Positions 9,726 through 19,265 of a DNA stretch of 64,000 bases are shown in pieces. The position numbers and the translations under genes were made by a program. The notes beneath the pieces were generated by a model, which was given only the letters and a program-made list of their open reading frames with translations, was not told the origin of the DNA and ran no database searches. The first letter of the stretch is position 1. The number at the start of each line of letters is the position of its first letter. The stretch comes from Candidatus Eiseniibacteriota bacterium (GTDB lineage Bacteria > Eisenbacteria > RBG-16-71-46 > CAVPCR01): positions 1,344,001-1,408,000 of the forward strand of contig CAWGMA010000001.1 in the NCBI GenBank assembly GCA_963823555.1, in the 5' to 3' direction.

Positions 9726-11122
9726 GCGCCCAGACCGGCGAGCAAGCCGAGGCTGGCGAATGCCGGGGGCGTCAGACGGGAGCCCAGGGTGGACTCCCCC
9801 ATCCCCGTGACGAGGAGAGCGACGATCGCCCCGGTCAGCCCCAAGGCCTCGATGGCTCGATCCCCGCCGCCGCGAGGAGCCTTCGCGCCGCTCGCCATGG
9901 CCACGAACACGAGCCACAAGAAGGGCACGAGAATCGGGAGCCCGCTCGCCACGGCCAGCCCGAGAACGATGTTGTAGGGGTTCCTGGGGTCGAGACGACC
10001 GAAGAGGGGATGCTCGGCGATGCTCTCGATACCCAGTGCCCAGTCCGCACGCCGATCGCCGAGGATGCCGAGGCCGCCGAGGGAACCCAGGCGATCAGCA
10101 TAGGCTCGTCCGGTGTCGCCGCCGACCGCACCGAGCACCAGGGCACCGACCACGGCAGCGCCGATCAGCACGAGGGCGAGCACGAGCAGGCGGGTCCCGA
10201 GACGGCGATCGATCTTGAAGCCCAGAAGTCCCATCGCTAGGATGGCGGCCCACCCCCCCAGCCATCCGGAGCGCGAAAAGGAAGCTCCGAGGGCGACTCC
10301 GGAGATTCCGATAAATGACGCAATAACAAGCGATTGTCGTGGTCGCTTCATGATCCATGCGAGGCCGGGCGGGATCAGAAGAGTCAGATGAAGCGCGAGC
10401 AGCTCGGGCCCGCCCACGAGGCTCCCGATAGCCTGAACCCCGCGGCCTCGATCGAGCACGGCCTCGGCGAGGGCAGCCAGGCCGATGACTCCAGCGGCCG
10501 CCGCGCTGCCCCGGATCCAGGCCATGGCCCCGGTGCCCTCGCGGCCCAGGGCGTATCCCAGGGCGAAGAGGGTGGCGGCCAGGAACCCGGTACGAACGAG
10601 CCGCAGGACGGCGGGTCCGACCGCCGTCTCCGAGGCGCCGAGAGCACCCACCAGGGCGGCGAGGGCCATCCAGGCCCCGTAGGCCAGGGCGACGCCTCTC
10701 ACCCCCGAGAATCGGAACAGAGACGGGCGGCGTGAAGCCAGGGTGGCGATCATGGCGAGGAGGAGGACCTCGCTCGGATAGATGGTGGTAGAACCGAACA
10801 GCGACTCCTGATTGGCGATGGTGACCAGAGGTACACTGGCCAGAAGGAGAGGCGCCGGGGCGCGGAAGGCCAGGGCCGCGGCGGCCACGGCGAAGAGGAC
10901 AAGGAGGCTGGCCGGACGAACAGGTGTCCCGGCGAGACTCATGACAAGCAAGATCAATGCAAGGACAGTGATCGCCCAGGCTCCGATCCGCCGCCGGGGC
11001 TCGGGATCACGAGAGGATTCATGATCGAGACGCTCATCGGCATCGCGCGTGCTGTGCGCTCCACCATGTACCGAGTGTCGAGCTCCCACATTCTGGGCGT
11101 GGATTTCGACATCGTGCTTCAT
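9695..11122 (-). CDS. O-antigen ligase/polymerase (Wzy_C)-family membrane protein
   Basis: Multiple TM helices, SFSRSGWLG, R..W...IAEHPLFG, PYNIVL. Start is uncertain (11122, 11089 or 10942). Confidence 0.75.
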   Translation of the reverse strand: MKHDVEIHAQNVGARHSVHGGAHSTRDADERLDHESSRDPEPRRRIGAWAITVLALILLVMSLAGTPVRPASLLVLFAVAAAALAFRAPAPLLLASVPLVTIANQESLFGSTTIYPSEVLLLAMIATLASRRPSLFRFSGVRGVALAYGAWMALAALVGALGASETAVGPAVLRLVRTGFLAATLFALGYALGREGTGAMAWIRGSAAAAGVIGLAALAEAVLDRGRGVQAIGSLVGGPELLALHLTLLIPPGLAWIMKRPRQSLVIASFIGISGVALGASFSRSGWLGGWAAILAMGLLGFKIDRRLGTRLLVLALVLIGAAVVGALVLGAVGGDTGRAYADRLGSLGGLGILGDRRADWALGIESIAEHPLFGRLDPRNPYNIVLGLAVASGLPILVPFLWLVFVAMASGAKAPRGGGDRAIEALGLTGAIVALLVTGMGESTLGSRLTPPAFASLGLLAGLGACWSASRRRS

Positions 11123-11374
11123 TTCGTGGTCAGTCTCGTCATCTTCGCCTGGGCCGAACGCCGCTATGGGGTGAAACGAGCAGCCTGGATCCTCGCTGTT
11201 CTGATCATTGCCAAGGAAATCGTCGACATCTTCCTCAAGTCACAGCTCGCCTACATCCGGCGGCCCACACCGCCCATGGTCATCGACATCGTGACCGACG
11301 TCCTGACCGGCCTCGCCGGCGGGTTGACCATGTGGCTCATCATTTATTTCCGCCGCCGGGCCACTCCGGCCTGA
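11021..11374 (+). CDS. small VanZ-like membrane protein
   Basis: GAGAGG RBS before the ATG; three hydrophobic segments; D..LHF, KE..D and D...D...G..GG patterns. Confidence 0.7.
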   Translation: MIETLIGIARAVRSTMYRVSSSHILGVDFDIVLHFVVSLVIFAWAERRYGVKRAAWILAVLIIAKEIVDIFLKSQLAYIRRPTPPMVIDIVTDVLTGLAGGLTMWLIIYFRRRATPA

Positions 11375-11389
11375 TTCCGGCTCCGCACT

Positions 11390-12657
11390 TCATCCCGCAT
11401 GGCCCATGGCCGGCTCGTGGCCGGCATGTCGAGCCGCGAGCTCATCGTAGAGCCGAAGCATGTTGTTGGCTACTCGCGGCCAGGCATAGTCCGAGGCCGC
11501 CGCGCGCCCGTCCCGCTGCGCCCAGCGCCCGGCGCCGGGCCGGATCGGCGAGCAGGGCGAGCACGGCGGACGCGAAGGCCTCCGGATCATCGGCGATCTC
11601 GATGTCGCGCCCGGCAGTTGCCCCGAGTCCCTCGCAGCCGATCGAGGTGGAGACCACCGCCTTTCCCATCGCCCAGGCATCGAGGATCTTGAGCCGGGTC
11701 CCGCCGCCCACACGGAGCGGGCAGACATAGACTGCGGCGTCCCGCACGAAGGGCCGGATATCAGGCACCAGTCCCGGCGCCTCGACGCCGTGACCGCCCA
11801 CCTGCGCGCGCTCGACCTCGGGTGAGGGATGGGCGCCGACGACCGCGAACCGAGCTTCCGGCCGGACGCGCCGAATGAGCGGCCAGATGCGATCCAGGAA
11901 CCAGGCCATGGCGTCCCGGTTGGGATACCAGGACATGCCCCCGACGAAGACGAGACGATCCCCACGTCCCTCCAGGTCGTCCGCCGGACTGAAGTAGTCG
12001 ATGTCCACGCCGTTTACCACGACCTCGAAGCGCGCATCCGGGATCCGGCTCTGGAAGCTGTCACGATCGGCGGCGGAGACCGTGACATTGACATCTTGCT
12101 CGCGGCAGACTTGCTCCTCGTAGCGGGCCAGCTTGCGTGCCTGTTCGCCGATGTAGAAGCGCGCCAGCCGTCCCTTCTCGCTGGTCGCCCGGCGCTTGAG
12201 GAGCTCGGATTCCACGTTCTGGTGCACGAGGATCGCGGGAAGGTCGCGCGCCAGGGCCCCGTAGTGAGCCATGGCAATGGTCTCGTACTGGAGGATGCGG
12301 ATCGGCCGCCGGGCGAGGAGGTCGATCATGGCGTGCTCGAGTGCGGGCGATGAAAAGCGCGGGACCGAGTACGGTAGCTCGGAGGCCAGATTGCGCAGGA
12401 GGAGCGCGGCATACGCAGCCCGTGACGAGCTCGCCGGCAGCGGGAAGATCTCAACCTCGGCGCAGATCTCGGCGAGATGGCGTCGCGAAGCCTCGATCTC
12501 CCCCGGAGGCAGGAGCACATCCTGGTTGAAGGCGTAGAGGTAGACGCGGTGGCGGCGGGCCGTCTCCCGGAGCAGGTTGTAGCAGCGGAGGAGCACGCCG
12601 CTCGTCGTGCGGCCAGGGGACGACATGCGAGAGAACCAGGATATCGAGGCTGTTCAC
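11390..12657 (-). CDS. GT4-family glycosyltransferase of the PEP-CTERM/EPS-associated type, with two apparent frameshifts
   Basis: N-terminus (MNSLDILVLSHVVPWP), body (HQNVES, NGVDIDYF, GGGTRLKILDAWAMGKAVVST) and C-terminus (YAWPRVANNMLRLYDEL) lie in different frames; shifts near 12610 and 11495. Confidence 0.8.
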
Positions 12658-12681
12658 CGGCCATCGCGGATGCTCCCCGCG

Positions 12682-14609
12682 TCAGGCGTACTGCGCATCG
12701 GCGACGTCGGCGCGCCCGACGATGTAGTCGCGATGCCAGAGCATGAAGGTCGATGAGCCCCCAGATCTGGTTGTCGTGGTTGGCGCGCAGCGGCGAAGTG
12801 GTCGTCCAGGACGCGCCGCACCTGCCGGATAGTGGAAGACGCCCACGTCGCGAATCGCGGGCTCGGCGAGCACGTCCTCGACGAACGGCGGAGCTCGCCC
12901 CGGAACCAGACCGTGAGCGGCACCGAGAAGCCCATCTTGCGCCGGTTGAGGATCTCGGGCGGCAGGAGGTCGCGCACCGCGCGCTTCAGGATGTGCTTGC
13001 GCTCCATGCCGCGCAGCTTGAGCTCCGGCGGGATGGTCGCCGCGTACTCGAGCAGACGGTGGTCGAGGAAGGGCACGCGCACCTCGAGCGAGTGCGCCAT
13101 CGACATGCGGTCGGTGAGGGTCAGCAGGTCGCCGGGCAGGTAGAGCTTGAGGTCTGCAAATAGTGCGCGATGCAGCGGATCGGCGGCCCGGGCGGGGGCG
13201 ATGGCCGCCTGGAAGTGAGCGCGGGGCTCGTCGAGCGCGATCTGCTCCTGCATGTCCGGGGTCAGGAGCGCGTGCGCGCTCCGCGCTGGAAGGCGGAGAT
13301 CAGGTCGAAGTAGCGGTCGTCGAAGTCGAGATCGATGCGTGCGCAGGAAGCGCTTGAGCCGGCCCGCGAAGTGCGAGCCGCTCCGCGAGTCGGGGAGCCG
13401 TTCGACCAGCGGCTGCAGGAGGCCATTGCGCAGGAAGCCGGGGATCCGCCGCGCCCGTTCCGCGAGGAGCGCCCCGCGGTAGCGTTCGTAGCCGGCCGCC
13501 AGCTCGTCGCCGCCGAGCCCCGAGAGCGCGACCGTGACGTGACTGGCGGGTCATCTGCGAGAGATACCAGTTGGGAATCGCCGATGAGTCGGCGAACGGC
13601 TGGTCGAAGGCGCGCACCAGGTGCGGCACGAGCTCCGTCAGGTCCGGGCGGACGACGAACTCGTGGTGCCGGGTGCCGTAGCGGCCGGCGACCGCGCGGG
13701 CCGGGACCGCGCTCGTCGAAGAGCTCGCCGCCGTCTTCGTAGCCGATCGAGAAGGTCTCCACCGGCCCCGAGGCGTGTCGTGCCATCAACGCGACGACCG
13801 ATCCCGAGTCGATGCCGCCGGAGAGAAAGGCGCCGAGGGGAACATCCGCCACCATGCGGATGCGCACCGCCTCATCGAGGCAGGCGCGGAAGCCGTCCAC
13901 CGTCTCGGCCTCGCTTCGCCCGCCGTCGATGGCGTAGTGGAGCTCCCAGTACCGCTCCGGCGGACCTGGCCGTTCTCGGCGATGAGGATGTGGGCGGGCT
14001 CGAGCTCATGAATGCCGTCGAAGATGGTGAGCGGCGCCGGCACGTAGAGGAAGGTGAGGAAGTGATTGACGGCCGCCGGGCTCAGCCGGCGCTCGACCGC
14101 CGGGTGCGGAGCAGGCACTTGAGCTCGGATCCCCAGAGGAGCTGGCCCCCGGCCACTGTGTAGAAGAGCTGCTTGATGCCGACCCGGTCGCGGGCGAGGA
14201 CGAGACGCTCCCGCCGCGCGTCCCAGATCGCGATCGTGAACATGCCGCGAAGCTTCTCGACGCAGCGCGGGCCGTACTCCTCGTAGGCGTGGATGATGAC
14301 CTCGGTGTCCGACCGGGTGCGGAAGCGGTGGCCGTGCGCTTCGAGCTCGGCGCGGAGCTCCCGGAAGTTGTAGATCTCGCCGTTGAAGGTGACCCATGCG
14401 CTCCCGTCCTCGTTGGCGATCGGCTGGCTCCCGGTCTCGAGATCGATGATCTTGAGCCGGCGCATGGCGAGGCCGACCCGACCGGGGTCGACGTGGAAGC
14501 CGTCCTCGTCGGGCCCGCGGTGGGTGATGACGCGGTTCATCTCCTCGAGCGTGGCGCGGTCGATGGGCTGGCCCGCCTCGAGGTTCCAGATCCCGGTGAT
14601 GCCGCACAT
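12682..14609 (-). CDS. asnB: asparagine synthase (glutamine-hydrolysing)-family amidotransferase, broken by about 9 frameshifts (sequencing errors or pseudogene)
   Basis: MCGITG, HRGPD, RRLKIIDL, NGEIYNF, FLSGGIDS, VALSGLGGDE, DRMSMAHSLEVRVPFLDH and RRKMGF can be assembled across frames. Confidence 0.85.
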
Positions 14610-14635
14610 ATCGGTCGGCTCCCGTTCGCGGCGCG

Positions 14636-15776
14636 CTAGCGCCGCGAGGGCTCCCATGTCACCTGACGGGTTCCGGACAGATAGCGGATCCAGGCCACCA
14701 GGATCGACGAGATTGGCGTTGGTGAAGAAGAGAGGAACGCGGAACAGGAGCCGGGCCTCGAGCCGGCGGTCGATGAATGCGGCGAGCGCCAGCGCGTAGA
14801 GCGCGACCTGGGCGGCGAGGGCGAGCGCAAAGACCGGGTGCCGGCCGGCCAGAGCCGCCGAAGATACCAGGAGCGAGAGCAGGAAGAAGGGGACCGTCCA
14901 GCGCAGGATCTTGTGGCTCCACAGCTGCCAGGCCACGAGCGGATGGGCCAGCGGATTCAAGAGCGATCGCATGTGGAAGAGCACGGCCATGCCGCGCATC
15001 ACGGTGCGCACCTTCCGCCGGAACTCCGCCTCCGGTTCGGCCAGGGCGCGATAGGCTCCGATGGCGCGCGGTTCGTGGACGGTGCGGAGACCGGCGGCGG
15101 CCACCTTGAGAGGGGTGAGGAAATCGCGCTCGAAGCCGGCCTCCCAGACATCGGCGAGGTGACGGCGGACGGCGTAGAAGGAACCCGAGGCGCCAACCAG
15201 CGATCCGAGGCGGGCTTCGAGCCGGCGCAGCGCCATCTCGTAGCGTACGTAGAACCCCTCCCCCGCCTCGGCATCCGGGCTGCCGTCGGCAGCGACAATC
15301 TGATCCTGGCTCGAGACACAGCCCACGGTGGAATCGGCGAAGTTCTCCATCATGGCGCGCAGCGAGTCCGCTGAGATCATGATCCGAGCGTCGGAGAAGA
15401 CCAGGATCTCGCCTGTTGCGCGCGCGATCGCGGCGTTCTGGCAGGCGACCTTCCCGCCCCGCTCCGGAAGGCGGATGAGCTCGATGCCGTGGGGCGCGTA
15501 CTCCGAGATGATGGCATCGGTCGAGTCGGTCGAGGCATCGGAGGCGGCCAGGATCTGGAGTTTCTCCCTTGGATAGTCGATCTGGAGCGTGTTGTCGAGC
15601 TTCCGCCTCATGTTGGCCGCTTCGTTATAGGCGCTGATGACGAGGGTGACGGTGGGCTCGAGCGCGTTCTTGGGCACCGACCGCCCGATGAGCGGGATCA
15701 GCAGGCGCAAGGCGAGCGGATATCCCACGTAGGGATACGCGATCAACGCGGCCGAGATCCAGAAGAGGAGTTCCAT
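14636..15776 (-). CDS. GT2-family glycosyltransferase (IcaA/biofilm-type), one apparent frameshift near 14710
   Basis: ISAYNEA, SDASTD, GGKVACQN, FSDA, GASGSFYAVRR, EFRRKVRT, SHKILRW; the true C-terminus ILVAWIRYLSGTRQVTWEPSRR is in another frame. Confidence 0.85.
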
Positions 15777-15936
15777 CGTCAGCGCCGTTCGAAGTTCGTT
15801 CCTGCACTCGGATTCGGGCCCAAGCCGTGGCGACCGATTCCATCAGGGAATATCGTCCTTCTCCAGCACGGGCTCAAGGAGCCATCCCGGGACGCGATCC
15901 GGCCGGCGCCGGCCGCGCGGTGCGAGACGCACGCAT

Positions 15937-17754
15937 TCATCCGGCCGCCACCGGGTCGAGGCCATCGCCCGGGCGATGGCCGTCTCGGAGCTGCCGCCGC
16001 AACAGGGCGAGCGTCGCCACCGCCGCCAGACGGTCATGGGCATCCACTTTCCGGTCGAGATGCGCCTTGAGCAGATCGGCGACTGCTTCGACATCCACGA
16101 GGTCATCGATCACGCTCCGATCCTCGATGAGTTCGGAGAAGAAGGCGCGAGCCCCGGTGCGGATCCACTCGTCGTAGTGCGCGTACTGCCGGTAGTCGTG
16201 TGGGCTGAAGTGGCCGCGAGTCAGCGACCGCAGGCCTCGCCAGCGGACCCACTCGATGGCGCGATGCATGGCGAGCACCGGGGCCGGCCCGGCCAAGGGG
16301 AGCCCGGTGGAGGTGTGCGGCACGCGGGCCAGATCGGGGAAGAAGCGCTTGATGAAGTGCGTGTAGGCCCGCTGGCCGTGGCGCGCGGCGACCGGTAGCG
16401 TGAGGCCGGCATCGATCACCTCATGATCGGCGAAGGGTGTGCGCACGAGAGCGGCGGCGCCCAGGATGACGGCCTGATAGGCGGTGAAACGGTGCATTCG
16501 AAGTTCGAGGTGGGCCCGCTCGGCCCCGCCGTAGGCGCCGTCACCCCGGTTGTAGACCTGCAAGTAGGCGTCATAGGCAGCTCCCTCTGCCTCCTTGAGA
16601 ACAGGGCGGCGGAGGATCCGCGGCAGCTCCTCGTCCTTGAAACCGGTCAGGTAACGGCGCTCGAAGAGAGCGCGGGCCCGGACCTCGCGCCGGGCGTGGA
16701 CTTCTTCCGGCCGGACCCGAGCCAGGTGGGCGCCGGAGTAGATCTCACCGAGGAGTCCGGAAAGGACCAGGCTCGGTCGCAGCGCCAGGCGCGGGTTCAG
16801 GCTCAGGATATGGAACATCGTCACCAGGGCCTGGCCGTCCGTCAGGTGCACGCCGCGGGGGCCGTACCGAGCGACGTACTCGGGACCGAGGGAGATCCGG
16901 TGGTGGCGCGTTCCAGCGATCCGAGCCATCTCGCTCGCATAGCGGCGATCGCGCGAATGCCCATGTCCGTAGGCCATGGTGACGAGTGGGCGGTGGCGGC
17001 TGGCGAGTCCGAGGAGGGCCCTGGAGTCGAGGCCTCCGGAAAGGGGCAGGCAGATTTCCAGCGGCGTGTCGATGGCCCGCGCCACGGCCGCGGCCAGTGC
17101 CTTCTCCATCACCTCCGAGGCGTGATCGAGGTCCGGAGGGGCGATCACCGGCACCGGCGGCTCCCAGACGCGCCGGATCAGAAGCTGCCCCTGGTGCCAT
17201 GTGGCCAAGCTCGCCGGGGGCAGCAGGCGGACGCCGGGGAACAGCGTGCGGTCGCCGAGCGGGAAGCCGGTCTGGAGCACCTGCCCGACCGCAGCGGCGT
17301 CGAAGTCGGCCCCGCTCGCCAGGGCCCGCGCGCGGCTGGCGATCAAGAGACGGCTGCCGTCGAGGCGATAGTAGAGACGGGCGATTCCCAGCCGATCGTT
17401 GACCAGGGTCGCGGTGGCGTCCCGTTCGTCGAACAGGCAGGCCGCGATGTTGCCGTTCAGATCAGACAGCGCTTCCGGGCCCTGCTCGGTCACGCGATCG
17501 AGCAGATGCTCGACAAGCGGGCGGCCGCCCAGCCCGAGTCCGGGGATATCGCCGGCGACGGCCAGCACGTGCGGTCCGCGGCGGGCAACACCGCCGTCCT
17601 CTCCCCCGATCCCGAGCGAGACATGGCCCAGCCAGGCTTGATCGGAGCCGGCCCTGGTGGCGATCGCGGTCGGAGCCATCAGGTGCGACCGGAGCAGCGA
17701 CTCGAGCGCGGGTTCCTGAACTCCGCCGCCGATCACTGCGGCGATGGCTGCCAT
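15937..17754 (-). CDS. asparagine-synthase-related amidoligase lacking the N-terminal catalytic Cys
   Basis: Starts MAAIAAV at ATG 17754; NDRLGIARLYY, LPLSGGLDSR and RTPFADHEV motifs. Confidence 0.8.
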   Translation of the reverse strand: MAAIAAVIGGGVQEPALESLLRSHLMAPTAIATRAGSDQAWLGHVSLGIGGEDGGVARRGPHVLAVAGDIPGLGLGGRPLVEHLLDRVTEQGPEALSDLNGNIAACLFDERDATATLVNDRLGIARLYYRLDGSRLLIASRARALASGADFDAAAVGQVLQTGFPLGDRTLFPGVRLLPPASLATWHQGQLLIRRVWEPPVPVIAPPDLDHASEVMEKALAAAVARAIDTPLEICLPLSGGLDSRALLGLASRHRPLVTMAYGHGHSRDRRYASEMARIAGTRHHRISLGPEYVARYGPRGVHLTDGQALVTMFHILSLNPRLALRPSLVLSGLLGEIYSGAHLARVRPEEVHARREVRARALFERRYLTGFKDEELPRILRRPVLKEAEGAAYDAYLQVYNRGDGAYGGAERAHLELRMHRFTAYQAVILGAAALVRTPFADHEVIDAGLTLPVAARHGQRAYTHFIKRFFPDLARVPHTSTGLPLAGPAPVLAMHRAIEWVRWRGLRSLTRGHFSPHDYRQYAHYDEWIRTGARAFFSELIEDRSVIDDLVDVEAVADLLKAHLDRKVDAHDRLAAVATLALLRRQLRDGHRPGDGLDPVAAG

Positions 17755-17768
17755 GCTTCGCCTTTCAC

Positions 17769-19265
17769 CTATACCGGGGGCAGGGGCGCGGCCTCTCTCT
17801 GCCTGCCCAGCCGACGAGCCTGAAGGTCGCGCGCCAGCTCCGCCCGCAGGGCATCGACGCGCTGGAACCGGATCAGCACGAAGAAGATGATGTACGTCGC
17901 GGCGCCGATCGCCGTCGAGGTCCCGAGCATCGCCGGGGACAGGGTCTCCAGCCAGCGCCTCGCCACATGCTGCCAGCCGAGGACCATGCCGCTCATCACC
18001 AAGACGCCGGCCAGGGCCGGAGCCAGGGCTTGGAGGTAGGTGCGCCAGCGCATTCCAGTCATCCGGCCGAGCAGCGTCTGCATCATGATTAGCATATTGA
18101 GGGAGGCGATGACCACCGCGACGGCGACACCGGTGGTCCCGTAGCGGCTGCCGACGATCGTGCCGACGACGAGAACAGCGAGGTTGATGAGTTGGCGCCG
18201 GATCTCGGCGCCGATCTGGGCTTTGGCCTCGACGATCGCCCCAACGAAGGTGGAAACGGATTTCATCATTCCGGCCACGCACATGATCTGCAGGGGCAGC
18301 ACGGTCGGCAGCCACTTCTCGCCGTAGATGACGACCACGAAGGACGGCGCCACCAGGGCGAGGCCGGTCAGGAACGGAAAGCTGACGAGCGAGGTCGCGG
18401 TCACGATGCGCGAGTACCCGCTGATGATGCGCGCGTTATCGTCCTGGATACGAGCGAACGCCGGAAAGAGGACCTGCATGATGACCCGCGAGACCTGGGT
18501 CAAGGGCAGGGTCATCAGGCTATAGGCGCGGGTGTAGTAGCCGAGGTCGGCGGTGCCGAGCCGGCGCCCGATCACGAAGTAGTCGACGTTCGCCGCCATG
18601 TAATTGATGATCCGCTTGAGCGTCAACCCGGCCCCGAAGCCGAGGAGGTCACGAAGCGCTGCCGTGCTCCAGGCGAGACCGGGCCTCCAGTCGGAGATCG
18701 TGAGTAGGATGACGGCACGCGTCACGGACTGGGCGATCCCGGCCCAGGCGATGGCCCACACCCCGAAGCCCCTGAAGGCTAGTGCGATGGCCACGGCGCC
18801 ATGCACGACTGCGGCCACCATTTCGACCTGGGCGATGGAGCGGAAACGCAGGGCGCGGCTCATCATGGAGAAGGAGACGGAGCTCATGGAATTGATGAAG
18901 AAATTCCATGCGGTCACCATCAGTACGGGCCCGGCGAGCGGGTTCTTGAAGTAGCGGCTGATCCAGGGCGACGCCACGGAAAGCGCCAGCACGACCCCCG
19001 CCGAGGTGAGGAGGTTCATGGCGAGCATCGAGCGGCAGTGCGTGTCGGTGACCTCCTTGCGCTGCACGAGGGCCGACCCCAGTCCGATGTTGGCGACGGT
19101 CGCGGCCAGCCCGGTGAAGATGCTGGTCACGGCGAACACGCCGAAGTCGGTCGGAGAGAGCAGCCGCGCCAGGACCACGCCGACCCCGAACTGGAAAGCC
19201 TGGATCAGGATGTTGGAGGACAGGGTCCAGGCGATGCCCCGCTTGGCCGAGGCCGCCACACTCAT
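17769..19265 (-). CDS. wzx: Wzx/PST-family flippase (WzxC-like)
   Basis: VLARLLSPTDFG, LGSALVQR, DYFVIGRRLG..DLGYYTRAY, VLFPAFARIQ; ATG at 19265 overlaps the upstream stop. Confidence 0.9.
   Translation of the reverse strand: MSVAASAKRGIAWTLSSNILIQAFQFGVGVVLARLLSPTDFGVFAVTSIFTGLAATVANIGLGSALVQRKEVTDTHCRSMLAMNLLTSAGVVLALSVASPWISRYFKNPLAGPVLMVTAWNFFINSMSSVSFSMMSRALRFRSIAQVEMVAAVVHGAVAIALAFRGFGVWAIAWAGIAQSVTRAVILLTISDWRPGLAWSTAALRDLLGFGAGLTLKRIINYMAANVDYFVIGRRLGTADLGYYTRAYSLMTLPLTQVSRVIMQVLFPAFARIQDDNARIISGYSRIVTATSLVSFPFLTGLALVAPSFVVVIYGEKWLPTVLPLQIMCVAGMMKSVSTFVGAIVEAKAQIGAEIRRQLINLAVLVVGTIVGSRYGTTGVAVAVVIASLNMLIMMQTLLGRMTGMRWRTYLQALAPALAGVLVMSGMVLGWQHVARRWLETLSPAMLGTSTAIGAATYIIFFVLIRFQRVDALRAELARDLQARRLGRQREAAPLPPV

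Noticed and set aside
14082..15776. Apparent GT2-AsnB fusion protein (564 aa)
   Set aside because: Produced by a frameshift near 14710; the GT2 has its own C-terminus and stop at 14636, and AsnB needs its own MCG N-terminus.
15937..18315. 792-aa length for the AsnB-like protein
   Set aside because: The first 187 codons mostly overlap the flippase gene in another frame; the real start is ATG 17754 with an RBS.
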